Shown here one piece after another: positions 26,183-39,465 of a DNA stretch of 64,000 bases; positions within the stretch are counted from its first letter, which is position 1, and each line of letters begins with the position of its first letter. The stretch covers positions 31,496,001-31,560,000 of the forward strand of contig NC_043017.1 of the NCBI RefSeq assembly GCF_006345805.1. Reading direction: 5' to 3'. Source of the stretch: Octopus sinensis (taxonomy: Eukaryota). The notes beneath the pieces are model-generated. The model was not told where the DNA came from and did no database searches. It saw only the letters and a program-made list of their open reading frames with translations. Made by a program: the position numbers and the translations under genes.

Positions 26183-26405
26183 GGAGTGGCTGTATGGTAA
26201 GAAGCTACGCTTCTGAACCATATGATTCTGGGTTCAGTTTCACTGCATAGCACCTTGGTCAAGTGTCTTCTGCTATAGCCTCAGGCTGACCAAAACCTTG
26301 TGAGTGGATGTGGCAGACAAAACTGAAAGAAGCTCATCATATATATATGAATGAATGTATGTATGTATGTATGTATGTATGTATGTATGTATGTATGTAT
26401 GTATG

Positions 26406-26439
<34 letters not shown>

Positions 26440-26710
26440 TGTATGTATATATGTATGTGTGGATGGATGGATGGATGGATGGATGGATATATGTATGTAT
26501 TTGCGTGTCTGTGTTTGTCCTCCCACCATTGCTTGTTGACCGATGCTGGTGCATTTACGTCCCGTAACCTAGTGGTTTGGCAAAAGTGACTGATACAATA
26601 AGTACCAGGTTTACAAAGAATAAGTCCTGGGGTCATCTTGTTCGACTAAAGGCAGTGTTCCAGCATGGCCGCAGTCAAATGACTGAACCAAGTAAAAGAA
26701 TAAAGGAATA
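26178..26710 (+). mobile_element. SINE family B with expanded internal (ATGT)n
   Basis: Head and tail match. Confidence 0.85.
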
Positions 26711-26729
26711 AAATATATAATAATATATA

Positions 26730-27155
26730 TGTCTTGCAAACAACTTGCACATGCAAGTGCTACCAGTCAAAATCTCCGTATACCGGAAGCCAGCAAGTGT
26801 ATGGGGTCATCAGGAGAGAATGCGCGCTGTTTTGTGGCCTACCTCTCGACAGCATCAATGCACACCGGCCCCCCTCACTGATATGAGGCCCCGCTTGCTA
26901 GATCAGCTGGTTATGAAGTTAAACTCTATATCCTTCTAGCCATCGCTCATCGTCTCTTTTTAACCAAATCTAGTGGCTAGCCTTCTCCACTGTAGATTGG
27001 ATATCGGTCATGGTGGTATTGACATTACGATGAGTTAGGCCTAGCAATAACAACAGTCATCTCACGCTGTGTCCAACAAACCCTCTACATCCGACTTCGA
27101 TAGGAAAATGTTCCGCTTTCCAGCCTGCGTCTTCACATTCCTCGAGGTGGTTTAC
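26730..27155 (-). mobile_element. Hero-like (RLE-class) non-LTR retrotransposon 3' fragment
   Basis: ECEDAGWKAEHFPIEVGCRGFVG...VEKASH*IWLKR. Confidence 0.75.
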
Positions 27156-27398
27156 ATAGATATTGATTATGAAATATTGATTTCAAATATTGACACAAGG
27201 CTAGCACATCTGGAGGAGAGCACAGTCAACAACATCAACCAGTCTTCAACTGGTACTTATTTTATCGACCCCAGAAGGATGAAAAGCAAAGTCAACTTCA
27301 GTGACATTTGAAACGAGAATGTGAGGATGGATGAAATGCCGCTAAGAACTTTGTCCAGTGTGATAACGATTTTGCCACCTTACCACCTTAATCAGTAA

Positions 27399-27796
27399 TC
27401 TTTATATATAAAAGAGAGGTTGTGTGCTGTCTGTCTCCTACGATTTAGATTCCTAACTACTCCCACATTTTGCGGTGCAGTTTAACCAAAACCGGGTATC
27501 TTATAGTCGTGATTCATATCGAGCCCTTCTGGGTATTAGCGCGCGTTTACAATGAGTCTACAATTTAAAAAAAAAATTACCATCAATTTTTCCCATTTTT
27601 AATGCATTTTTGGCATATATAAGGGAAGTAACTCTCTAAAAATTTATTATTAAATCTCAGAACGTAAAAAGCTACAGTATCACCTCCCCCCTTTGTGGTT
27701 AGCCATATTGAGATGGCTATTATACTTTACATCTCTAAAAATGCTTATATAGTTATTTCCCTTACAAACCCAAGCAATGCTGGGCGATACTGCTAG
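27399..27796 (+). mobile_element. Non-autonomous Helitron
   Basis: A|TCtttatatataaaag...gcaatgctgggcgatactgCTAG|T, GC-rich subterminal segment, no TSD. Confidence 0.85.
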
Positions 27797-28703
27797 TCAA
27801 AAATTAAAAATGAAATTGCTTTTTCCAACCACTAATGATGCAGACATTTTTCTGGAATGTTCTAGTGGGGCCTTGGGCACATGGGGAAATATATTGGTCA
27901 TCACTGCTCTAGAGGGACACCCTAACTGCAACTGCTAAAGTGTAAGAGCCCTGTTAATAATCAAAAGCAAGAACGCTGTAGCAGCTTGAGGATGGAGGCA
28001 CTGTGACAACCTGGGGGGGGGGGAGGGCACTAAGGCAGCATGAGTTTGGTGCTTTATTTAATAACCCTCAAATGAATGAAAGGAAAAATTGACCTATACA
28101 TGATTTGAACTCAAGGTGCGGACAACTGAAACCTACTTCACAACACATTCTATTTAATCTCCTCATTCCCGAAAAACGATTTTCGATGGGATTACTGTGG
28201 CTTAGAGCCTTTTGAACGTGAGGTTACTCAATTAGTGTTGATCTGAGGCTAATCAGCAACAACCACAACATCGTCAATGCCTGAATAGCAACAGATTATT
28301 AGAATGATTGAAATAGGAAGGAAGGCACTTGGCTAAATGCATAACCATCACTTCTGATTTGAAACATCAACGGATCTGCTTTGTCTTTTATCCTAGGCAC
28401 GTACTGGTGGTTGGCGTGGGAAACGAGGTGGGAAGGAATTCAATCATATTCATATACACACGTGTTAAATCCTGCATAAAGAATTTTATACATACACACA
28501 CATATATATATATATATACACACACCACATATATATATATATACATGTATGTATATATATATATATATAATATATATATATATATTATATATATATACAC
28601 ATACACACACACATACACATATTTATATACATTTATACATGTATGTATATATGTATATATGTGTCTGTGTGTGTGTGTGAGTATATGTATGTATGTATGT
28701 ATG

Positions 28704-28751
<48 letters not shown>

Positions 28752-28850
28752 CACATACACACACAGAGCGGAAGTGAGAGAGAGTAGATATGTATATAGA
28801 AAGTGAAATTAATAGATATAAATGTGTGCATGTATGTGTGTATATATATG

Positions 28851-28882
<32 letters not shown>

Positions 28883-29904
28883 AAGAGAGAGTAGAGAGAG
28901 AGAGAGAGAGAAAGAAACAGAGAAAGAAAGAGAGAGAGTAGAGAGAGAGAAAGACAGATAGGCAGACAGACTGACAGACAGACTGACAGATAGATAGATA
29001 GAATAAGATACATTCTACATATATCCCACACAGAAACACATGCATAATCACACACACATATATACATCAAGGCAAGGGGCATACACTTATATACACGCCC
29101 TCACCATTCACACCTAATTTCAATCACATACAAACGCACACATAAGTATATTGTGTTTGAGATGACTTTCCTTTCAAATAATATTGTTTCCCCATCCTAA
29201 ACACATTTCTCCTTCCTATCCGCTTTGATATAATCCTAAATCACAAGAACCGGTTTCTCCATTAGTTTGGAAGTAAACGACACAACGGTGTGCTCAGGCA
29301 AAGTACCCAAACTCATATTTTCATATTTCCCTTGGCATCTTTAACATTATCAGATATCTGCTTGTTGAAATAAAATCGTTGATACGCTGCCTTGTGTGTT
29401 GGAGTCAAGGGAATCCAGTTCTACGTCAATTAGGAACTGACTTTGGTAAACTTTTGTTCAAAATGCTGCAAATTGGTGAAACAAAGGCTACGTTTTAACA
29501 TATAAATATGAAATACGAGGATCCTGTATCCACTTCGATTATGAATTTTCCAGTTTTTCAATCAATAGAACCACTGTCTTACGTATTAAACTCTAGAGTT
29601 GTTTAATGGCTGTGTATTCCATAGAAGTTTGTATCTTTAATATGTATCCTCAGGCTTCATAAGTATGATACAATGTGTGACATTGTATCATAGGTTATTG
29701 AACTAGAGATATCAGGCATCTGATTGTTTTCTTCATAGTATCTGTTTAACTAACTTCTGCCACAAATCTGGGGTCAGCCTGCACTTATAGTAGAAAACAC
29801 TTGCCTAGGGTGATATATTGTGTGATCAAACTTTCTCTCACTTAACTGTGAAACAATTTCCTAAACCATTCGTCATAGTCTGTGTGCATATCATGAAATA
29901 CAGG

Positions 29905-30412
29905 CACACAAGTTATTGGGAAAGACTCAAGAGATTAAGACTCTATTCCTTAAAGCGTAGGTGAAAAAGATATACCATAGTATACATCTGGAAGATCCTG
30001 GAAGGACTTGTCCCAAACTTTGCCATCGAGAGTTACACAAACACTAGAACCGGGCGCCACTCCATAATGCCAAGGACTCCAAATTTGCCATCAAGATGTA
30101 GGACAAGATACTGCGATAGCCCGGGCTTCAGAGATCCACAGCTCTTCAATATCCTCCCGAAGGACTTGAGAGACCTGCATGGGGTGGATATAGGTGTCTT
30201 CAAAATAAAGCTGGACCTCTTCCTGTCAGGTGTCCCAGATGAACCAACTTCGTGGCAGGAGGTGCAGATGAGGGCAGCTGCATCAAACTCTCTCATGCAC
30301 CAAATGTCAATTGCTAAAAAGCATTCGTGAAGAATTATTATGTAGCAACACCAAATGGCGGTGCCCCAGCATGGCCACAGCTCATGAGCTGAAACTAGAT
30401 GAAATAAAAAAA
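29905..30412 (+). mobile_element. CR1-type LINE 3' fragment
   Basis: RLKRLRLYSL.RR..RYTIVYIWKILEGLVPN...QLFNILPKDLR...FKIKLDLFLSGVPDEP; tail ggcggtgccccagcatggccacag. Confidence 0.85.
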
Positions 30413-30504
30413 AATACACATGCACATATATACATATGCGTACACATGCTCTCACCACATTCTCAATTATGAAAACATTGCTTCAGCCTTTAGAATTTAA
30501 ACGA

Positions 30505-31707
30505 ACAGGAGTGTCTGTGTGGTAAGTAGCTTGCTTACCAACCACATGGTTCCGGGTTCAGTCCCACTGCGTGGCATCTTGGGCAAGTGTCTTCTGTTAT
30601 AGCCCCGGGCCGACCAATGCCTTGTGAGTGGATTTGGTAGACAGAAACTGAAAGAAGCCTGTCGTATATATGTATATATATATATGTGTGTGTGTGTTTG
30701 TGTGTCTGTGTTTGTCCCCCCAACATCACTTGACAACTGATGCTGGTGTGTTTACGTCCCCGTCACTTAGCGGTTCGGCAAAAGAAACCGATAGAATAAG
30801 TACTGGGCTTACAAAGAATAAGTACCGGGGTCGATTTGCTCGACTAAAAGCGGTGCTCCAGCATGGCCGCAGTCAAATGACTGAAACAAGTAAAAGAGTA
30901 AAAGAGTAACTAACTCTGTCCCATACAAGTTTATAAAACAAACAAAAAAAAATTATATTTTTAATATCCCTCCAAAAATCCTTAAAGTTTGAGATTTTTT
31001 TGCATTTCTAAAAATCTACATCGTTAAATGTGAACATTATAAATGTGTCATTTGTTTAAGCTCATAATTTCAAATTAATTTTTAAAATTAAAATTTAAAC
31101 AGACAGACATAGGTGCAGGAGTGGCTGTGTGGTAAGTAGCTTGCTTACCAACCACATGGTTCCAAGTTCAGTCCCACTGCGTGGCATGTTGTGCAAGTGT
31201 CTTCTACTATAGCCTCGGGCCGCTCAAAGCCTTGTGAGTGGATTTGGTAGACGGAAACTGAAAGAAGCTCGTTGTATATATGTATATATATGTGTGTGCG
31301 TCTATGTTTATGTGTTTGTGCTTGTCCCCCTAGCATTGCTTGACAACTGATGTTGGTGTGTTTACGTAGCCGTCACCTAGTGGTTCGGCAAAAGAGACCG
31401 ATAGAATAAGTACTGGGCTTACAAAGAATAAGTCCCGGGTTCGATTTGCTCGACTAAGGGCGGTGCTCCAGCATGGCCTCAGTCAAATGACTGAAACAAG
31501 TAAAAGAGTAAAAGAGTAACTAACTCTGTCCCATACAAGTTTATAAAACAAACAAAAAAATTATATTTTTAATATCCCTCCAAAAATCCTTCAAGTTTGA
31601 GATTTGTTTGCATTTCTAAAAACCAACATCTTTAAATGTGGACATTATACATGTGTCATTGGTTTAAGCTGATAATTTCAAATTAATTTTTTAAATCAAA
31701 ATTTAAA
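30505..31707 (+). repeat. About 605-bp tandem duplication: SINE B plus about 200 bp of AT-rich flank, twice
   Basis: taactaactctgtcccatacaagtttataaaac follows both SINE tails (30908 and 31517). Confidence 0.85.
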
Positions 31708-32336
31708 AAGAGAGAGTATGTACACAAAAATTTGCGAATGAAACGAGCAGTTAACATTTTTGGCTGCTCGCATGCACAAACGCTTGCTTAAATTTCAAAA
31801 TTTCCATTTCGAAAATTAATTTGAAATTATGAGATAGACAAACAATGTGTTCATAATGTTCACATTTAAAAACATTAAGTAAAGCATCTGCAAAACATTT
31901 GAAACATTAAGAATTTTAGGAGTTAGTTTATAAAAAATTAGAATTAGATGGTTTTTGGAAAATTGTATGAAATAGAGTTAACAGAACACAAAATCAAAAG
32001 AAAAACAAGAATTGAAGACCAAAAACAGAAAATGAATTACAGGGCATTAAAACTGTGCTTCCATCTGAATTGCACCAGTAACAGAATTCTAATTGTTACG
32101 TGCACATTTTGTATGCATGCAATAGCATTTATTCATGAATGCAGGATTTTAAAATTTTAAATTCTATTAGTTTCAGCTTACATACCAAACGTTTTAGCAT
32201 ATTTTATATTACAGAAACACTTAAAGAAAAATTTTGTGGATTAGCATTTCAGTTACATAAAATTTGACTGTCAAAAATAAAAGTTAAAACGAAAATACAT
32301 ACATACATAAATACATACATACTTATAAATATACAT

Positions 32337-32417
<81 letters not shown>

Positions 32418-32645
32418 AGAATACGGTGTAGATTCAAACACAAAAGAGAGACCCCAAAGAATAGGATATCTGACTCACTAGAAACAGCAGTTAAACTCTA
32501 AGCCACTAATTGTTGTAATTCTGAAAGTGATTGAAAATTTTGGAATTACAAGAATTAGTGGCCTGGAGTTTAACTGCTCTTTCTAGCGAGTCAGATATCC
32601 TATTCTTTGGGTATATCTTTTGTGTTTGAATGTACACTCTATTCT
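32418..32645. repeat. About 104-bp imperfect inverted repeat with 21-nt loop
   Basis: ccaaagaataggatatctgactcactagaaa...gtaattc versus gaattac...ttctagcgagtcagatatcctattctttgg. Confidence 0.9.
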
Positions 32646-32778
32646 TCTCTGAATAATATATAGTCTATTGACTAATCTTTTCCTTCTCACTAGACCACTG
32701 GTAACTAAGAATTTTTCCAATAAATATTCTTGCTACCCTAAGACTTTAATTAATGATAAAATGTGTGTGTATATATAT

Positions 32779-32844
<66 letters not shown>

Positions 32845-32941
32845 TAATCAAAACAAGAAAGCACAAAAAAAACACAACAACACTAGGACGTGGAACAAAT
32901 ATAGTATTATTGGACGCTCAGGAAAGAAGGAAAGAAGGAGG

Positions 32942-32976
32942 GTTTAACGTTTCAAGCGGAGCCCTTCGTCAGAAAC
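32942..32976 (-). ncRNA. Minimal type-I hammerhead ribozyme in a solo pLTR-like unit (32840-33052)
   Basis: guuu CUGACGAA gggc ucc gcuu GAAAC GUU aaac; palindromic AACGUU stem III; stem II has two G-U pairs. Confidence 0.7.
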
Positions 32977-33477
32977 ATAGGAGAGGGAAAGATCCAGAGA
33001 AGGGAAGACAGAGGAAAAAAAATCGCCAACGGTACACACGAGGTCACATTTTGACATGTGAAATCTATCAATGGAAATTGCAGCTGAGATACCAGTGCCG
33101 GTGGCACGTAAGAGAACCATCTGAACGCGGCTGTTGCCAGCACCACCTTGACTGGCCTCGTGCCGGTGGCACGTAAAAAGCACCAACCGTTCGTGGCCGT
33201 TGCCAGCCTCGCCTAGCCCCCATTCCGGTGGCACATAAAAAGCACCCTCCGATCGTGGCCGTTTGCCAGACTCGTCTGGCACCTGTGCCAGTGGCACGTA
33301 AAAAGCACCCACTACACTCATGGAGTGGTTGGCGTTAGGAAGGGCATCCATCCGTAGAAACCTTGCCAGATCAGACTGGGCCTGGTGCAGTCTTCTGGCT
33401 TCCCAGACCCCAGTTGAACTGTCCAACCCATGCTAGCATGGAAAGCGGATGCTAAACGATGATGATGATGATGTATG

Positions 33478-33511
<34 letters not shown>

Positions 33512-34439
33512 TATGGTATTTATATATATATCTTAGTTAATATCTGGTTAAAACTTGGGGGAAAATTATATACAGAAAAAAGCAAACCTATAAAATTAGA
33601 GATAGTTTTAATCAATTTCTTATTAAAGTAGGCTTTTTTGCAAGACAAACAGACAATGCAACACATATCAGTCTACTAAAGCTGCTATTTATTGCTTGTT
33701 TGTGAAGGTGCATGGCTAAGTGGTTAGATCATTCAGCTCACAATCATAAGTCAGTGAGTTCAATTCCCAGCAGCACTCAGCAAGACACTTTATTTTATGT
33801 TACTCCAGTGAATTCAACTGGCAAAAATGAGTAATATCTGTATTTGAAAGGGCCGGCCTTGTCGCTTTCTTTGTGTCATACCGAATCTCCCCGAGAACTA
33901 CATGCATGTCTGTGGAGTACTCAGCCACTTGTAATTTAATTCCACAAGCAGACTGTGGAAACAAGTTTCAGGCATAAGAGTGGGATGTGTGGTAAGTAGC
34001 TTGCTTACCAACCACATGGTTCTGGGTTCATCCCCACTGTGATGCACCTTGGTCAAATTTCTTCTACTATGGCCTAGGACCAACCAAAGATTTGTGAGTA
34101 GATTTGATAGATGGAAACTGAAAGAAGCCTGTCGCATAAGCACAGGCATGGCTGTGTGGTAAGTAGCTTGCTTTCCAACCACATGGTTCCGGGTTCAGTC
34201 CCACTGCGTGGCTTCTTGGGCAAGTGTCTTCTACTATAGCCGCGGGCTGACCAAAGTCTTGTGAGTGGATTTGGTAGACAGAAACTGAAAGATTTTATAA
34301 AACAAATCTAAAATACAAATGTCTTATTTTCATAAAATCATATAAATTTTAATCACATCAACAGGAACCTTTGTCATAGTATCCAACAAAATGCTAGTTC
34401 TTTTTTTTTTTCTTATTGCTAATTGAGGTCTTGTGGAAT

Positions 34440-34850
34440 TCCGTCCTGGCTGTAAGCTACTGGTAAGTAGTCAGTGCTCTACGAATTAGTTCTGTCAGGT
34501 GATGGTTGGTAAGGTTTGCACAGTGCCTCAGGTGTACAAATTTCTTTACAGGGTACAATGATTCATGGCTGTAGACAGTGTTGAAAATTGAGACGAGTGA
34601 CACAACAAGTTTTCTTCAGTTCAGGATATTTTGCTTACTCTTTTACTTGTTTCGGTCATTTTTGACTGAGGCCATGCTGGAGCACCACCTTTAGTCGAGC
34701 AAATCGACCCAAGGATTTGTTCTTTGTAAGCCTAGAACTTATTCTATTGGTTTCTTTTGCCAAACCACTAAGTTACGAGGACGTAAACACACCAGCATTG
34801 GTTGTCAAGTGATGTTGGGGGAACAAACACAGACACACAAACACACACAC

Positions 34851-34885
<35 letters not shown>

Positions 34886-36270
34886 CATACATATATACGG
34901 TGGGCTTCTTTCAGTTTCTGTCTACCAAATCCACTCACAAAGCTTTGGTCGGCCTGAGGCTATAGTAGAAGACACTTGCCCAAGGTGCCACACAGTAGGA
35001 CTGAACCCAGAACCATGTGGCTGGTAAGCAAGCTACTTATCACACAGCCACTCTTATTCCTGAAACTTGTTTCCAAAAATCAGTAGTAGACTGGGATTTA
35101 TAGATCATCTTTAGACCCAAGTCCTCCTGTAATTTCATCAGTTTCATTCGCACACCAGATGATTCTGTGATTAGAGGTTTAAGAATTGTACAACCATCTT
35201 CGACCACATCAACCATAAAAGTATTTTCCAGAGGGATAAAACAGTGCTTCATCTTCTGCAAGTTGTCAAATTCCTGGCCAGGAAATTGTCAAGCAGTCAT
35301 GGTAGTTTATGTTTGTATTCTCCTAATTAACCGTTTTGATACCAACCCGGCCAAAACTGCCTCTGGCTCTGTAATACAAATGTCTTGTTTTCATAAATAT
35401 TCACTTAAAATCTTCCACCAAACTTTAGTCACAATTTATGTTCCTAACACTAGCTTTAAATTCTTTGTTGTATTTAGAATTAATTGAATGAAATACAGAG
35501 CATCTCAAAAAATAATTACGGTAACAAAAGGGTTGGTCTTCTATTGCAATATCAGGGAATGCATATACTCTTTGAGATTGGGAAAGTGGCTGAAAATTCT
35601 TGGCAATATGTCTCACTGAAAAGATTTTATTTTATTCTGAAAGCTAAAACCCGTCAGAGAAAGTTCAGAATAATCTTATTCTTTCCCTGGTGTGCCAAGC
35701 CGGGAGTTTGCACTTGGTTCATTATAACAGTAATGAGCAGCATATTTCACATCCATTTATCATTTTCCAGTTGGAAATCGGTTCTTTACTCTTAAAGAAA
35801 AGTAATAATAGGCCCCAACAGATCTATAAACCCACTCAGGATTTTGATGCTTGATAGCCATCTCGCAATGCAGTATAAAGATACATCACTGGGTCTATCT
35901 TCAAATTCCAGTTCTTCAATAAAATTTCTGAACTGTCCGTGTGTCTTCCGATTTAAAAATATGGAATTCACAATTTTAAGTACAGGTTTCATTACATCTC
36001 CCTATTTGAAGTATCTGGCTACAAGGTGTTCATGATGAATAATACAATGCACAGGGAGAAACTCTGGGAATCTGGGTTCACTTTTCATAAGTGCAATTAA
36101 TCTTGCTTTTTAACCAATCTTTACAGGAACGGCAGTTGTTGGAACACTGACAAGTTCATTCAGTGGAATGCCAGAGCACTTGTTAAGGCTCTGTCAAGCA
36201 TATTTTTTTTTATATCAGTGCCATGAGTTGCTTCTTTTAATTCCAAAAAACACAACATCTCTTCTTTCAA
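34440..36270 (-). mobile_element. Decayed hAT (Charlie/SPIN, GTF2IRD2-like) transposase, interrupted by SINE B (34636-35050) and a MITE
   Basis: EEMLCFLELKEATHGTDI, HCIIHHEHL, MKPVLKIVNSI...HGQFRNFIEEL...ARWLS, DFWKQV. Confidence 0.85.
35331..35532 (+). mobile_element. piggyBac-type MITE
   Basis: TTAA|ccgttttgatacc...ggtaacaaaaggg|tt; second copy at 62223-62440. Confidence 0.65.
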
Positions 36271-37837
36271 ATTTACTGAGACACACATACATAACATATT
36301 TATATAAATATATACCAATATATATATATATATATATATATGTATACACAAACACATATATATACATACACACTAAATATGTATATATATCTGTGTGTGT
36401 GTGCATATACATATGTGTGTGTGTGTGCATATGCACACATATTTATATAAATATATGCCAATATATATGTATACACAAACACACATATATATACATACAT
36501 ACAGACTACATACACACTAAATATGTATATATATCTGTGTGTGTGTATACATATGTGTGTGTGTGCTTATGCACACACATTTATATACTATATGCATGCA
36601 TACATATATACAAATTACTTACATTCATACTCACACAAATTCACTCTTTCTCTCTCTCTCTCACACACTCATTCACATGCATAGTTACACACACACCTGC
36701 ACACACACACACACAACACACACACACGCATGCAAAAATCACTACAAAATACCTAGTTTATAATTGGGCAGTACCTCAATGAAAATAAGAATAGATATCC
36801 AACAAAATGTTTTTTTAATGATACAAAATTTGTTTTTTTAAAAAACCAATTATCTTTGAATAAGAATGTGATTATATGTACTCTACAGGCTGTAAATACC
36901 ACTAAACAAATGGGAAAGAATTAGTGTTTGTTTATACGTTTATCACAAAAATAAACAGCAGTGTTCACGGTGCTTGTTGGTCTTCCTTCACCACGGAGAT
37001 TCATGGAGCTGATGCTCAGCTCCTGCTTCAACGACAGCTGCAGGAAAAATACACATATTTTGGAAAGGAATGACAAGCTTTATCCCATGTAAATAACTTC
37101 TTTGTGAATTAATACTTTTCTTGCGTCGCCCCGACTGGCCTCGTGCCGGTGGCACGTAAAAAGCACCATCCGATCGTGGACGTTGCCAGCCTCGCCTGGC
37201 CCCCATGCCGGTGGCACGTAAAAAGCACCATCTGATCATAGCCATTTGCCAGCCTTCTCTGGTACCTGTGCAGGTGGCATGTAAAAAGCACCCACTACAC
37301 TCTCGGAGTGATTGGCGTTAGGAAGGGCATCCAGCCGTAGAAACATTGCCAGATCAGACTGGAGACTGGTGCAGACTTCTGGCTTCCCAGACTCCAGTTG
37401 AACCGTCCAACCCATGCTAGCATGGAAAGCGGATGCTGAACGATGATGATGATGATGCAAGAGAAGAAATACGACCTACAGACAGTCAAGGAGTCTCGCA
37501 TATTTATTATAGCCTTGGCCAACAAGGGCAAGTTCTTTGTATAAATTATTCTCAGCCTAAAGGTGCATGCTGAAAAGCATAATAGTGACATCCTATTATT
37601 CTGTTATTCCATTACTGGTCTCTCAGCCAGAGGCTGGACCATACTGGGGCACTGCCACTAGCATTAATGCTAGTTTATTTTAGACTCCCTTCCTAGTAAT
37701 TCCTAGTCCCGTCTCTGCAGTCAATCCTGTTGAAGTAGTTTGTTGCCCAGGGAGTAACAAGAACTCCGAACCATATGGTTGGGAAGCAAAGCTTCTTACC
37801 CAACAGCCATGCCTGCGCTTATCTCTCTCTCTCTCTC

Positions 37838-38950
37838 TTTTACTTGTTTCAGTCATTTTGACTGTGGCCATGCTGGAGCACCACCTTTAGTCAAGGAAAT
37901 CGACCCCGGGACTTATTCTTTGTAAGCCTAGTACTTATTCTATCGGTCTCGTTTGCCGAACTGCTAAGTGACGGGGGACGTAAACACACCAGCATCGGTT
38001 GTCAAGCAATGCTAGGGGGACAAACACAAACACACAACACACACACACTCATATATATATATATATACAACAGGCTTCTTTCAGTTTCTGTCTACCAAAT
38101 CCACTCGCAAGGCATTGGTCAGCCTGAGGCTATAGTAGAAGACACTTGCCTAAGATGCCACACAGTGGGACTGAACCTGGAACCATGTGGTTGGTAAACA
38201 AGCTACTTACCACACAGCCACTATGTTTTTACTTGTTTCAATCATTAGACCTTAGCCATGGTGGGGTGCTACCGTAAGACGACATATGTGTGTGTGTGTG
38301 TGTATTAATATATATGATTATCAGTCAAGAAATTGGGATTAATATAGTCGTGTAATCGCTTTGTCCCCTCATCTAAAAAATGGTGACCTTATACCAAATG
38401 AGGAAGAAATTTATTATCACGATGATGCTGATGGTGGTTTTTTTGTGGAAATACAATGAGAACGATGAAGATGATGACGTTTAAAGAATCACAATTCTCC
38501 TCACATCCGTCCCCTGTAAAGCCACGGGAATCATTACTCTTTTTACTCTTTTTACTTGTTTCAGTCATTTGACTGTGGCCATGCTGGAGCACCACCTTTT
38601 AGTCGAGCAAATCAACCCCAGGACTTATTCTTTGTAAGCCTAGTACTTATTCTATCGGTCTCTTTTGGCGAACCACTAAGTTACGGGGACGTAAACACCA
38701 GCATCGGTTGTCAAGCGATGTTGGGGGAAGGGGGCAAACACACACACACACACAAACATATACACATACATATATATATATATACATATATACGATGGGT
38801 TTCTTTCTGTTTCCGTCAACCAAATCCACTCACAAGGTTTTGGTCGGCCCGAGGCTATAGTAGAAGACACTTGCCCAAGGTGCCATGCAGTGGGACTGAA
38901 CCCGGAACCATGTGATTGGTAAGCAAGATACTTACCACACAGCCACTCCT
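37838..38950 (-). mobile_element. Two SINE family B copies (37838-38222, 38535-38950)
   Basis: Reverse-complement matches. Confidence 0.85.
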
Positions 38951-39465
38951 ATTTCATTGTGTATACCAAAGTGTGTTTCTATGGGAGAAATATTCACTTT
39001 TAACAATGATAATTGATGTGTTAATTTAGAAATACTATCAAGACTACTGCACAGCTAAACTGCAGATAAGTGCCGTTCCTTATATCAAGAAGTGGGGGTG
39101 GAATAACATTGTTTAACAAATATAAAATAACTGCTGGAGATCTGTGGACGAAACGGAAAATTCTTACATCGGGACATCAGATGGTAAATTGAAGTATTCT
39201 AGCATTGATAGTTCTAAACTAATACAAAGAATAGAAATGGTAGAAGCAGGCGTATTGTATCATGAGTGCTTGCTGAGAAAGAACGGCATTGATTTAACGG
39301 AACCAGCTGCTTTTCAAGATCAATCACCAGATGTGTCGTTAACATATATGGAGAAACAATGTTAAGTAATTAACAATAAAAACAGAGCAGAGTATGAGTT
39401 ATGTGTTATGGACGAATGTACATAAGTGCATGTGATGTACATGTATGGATGTATACAGTTTTATG

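Noticed and set aside
26800-26845. CUGAUGA in the Hero 3'UTR
   Set aside because: No matching GAAA or stems in this copy
39144-39365. 73-aa non-repetitive ORF
   Set aside because: GTG start, no recognisable domain or splice signals; cannot be supported
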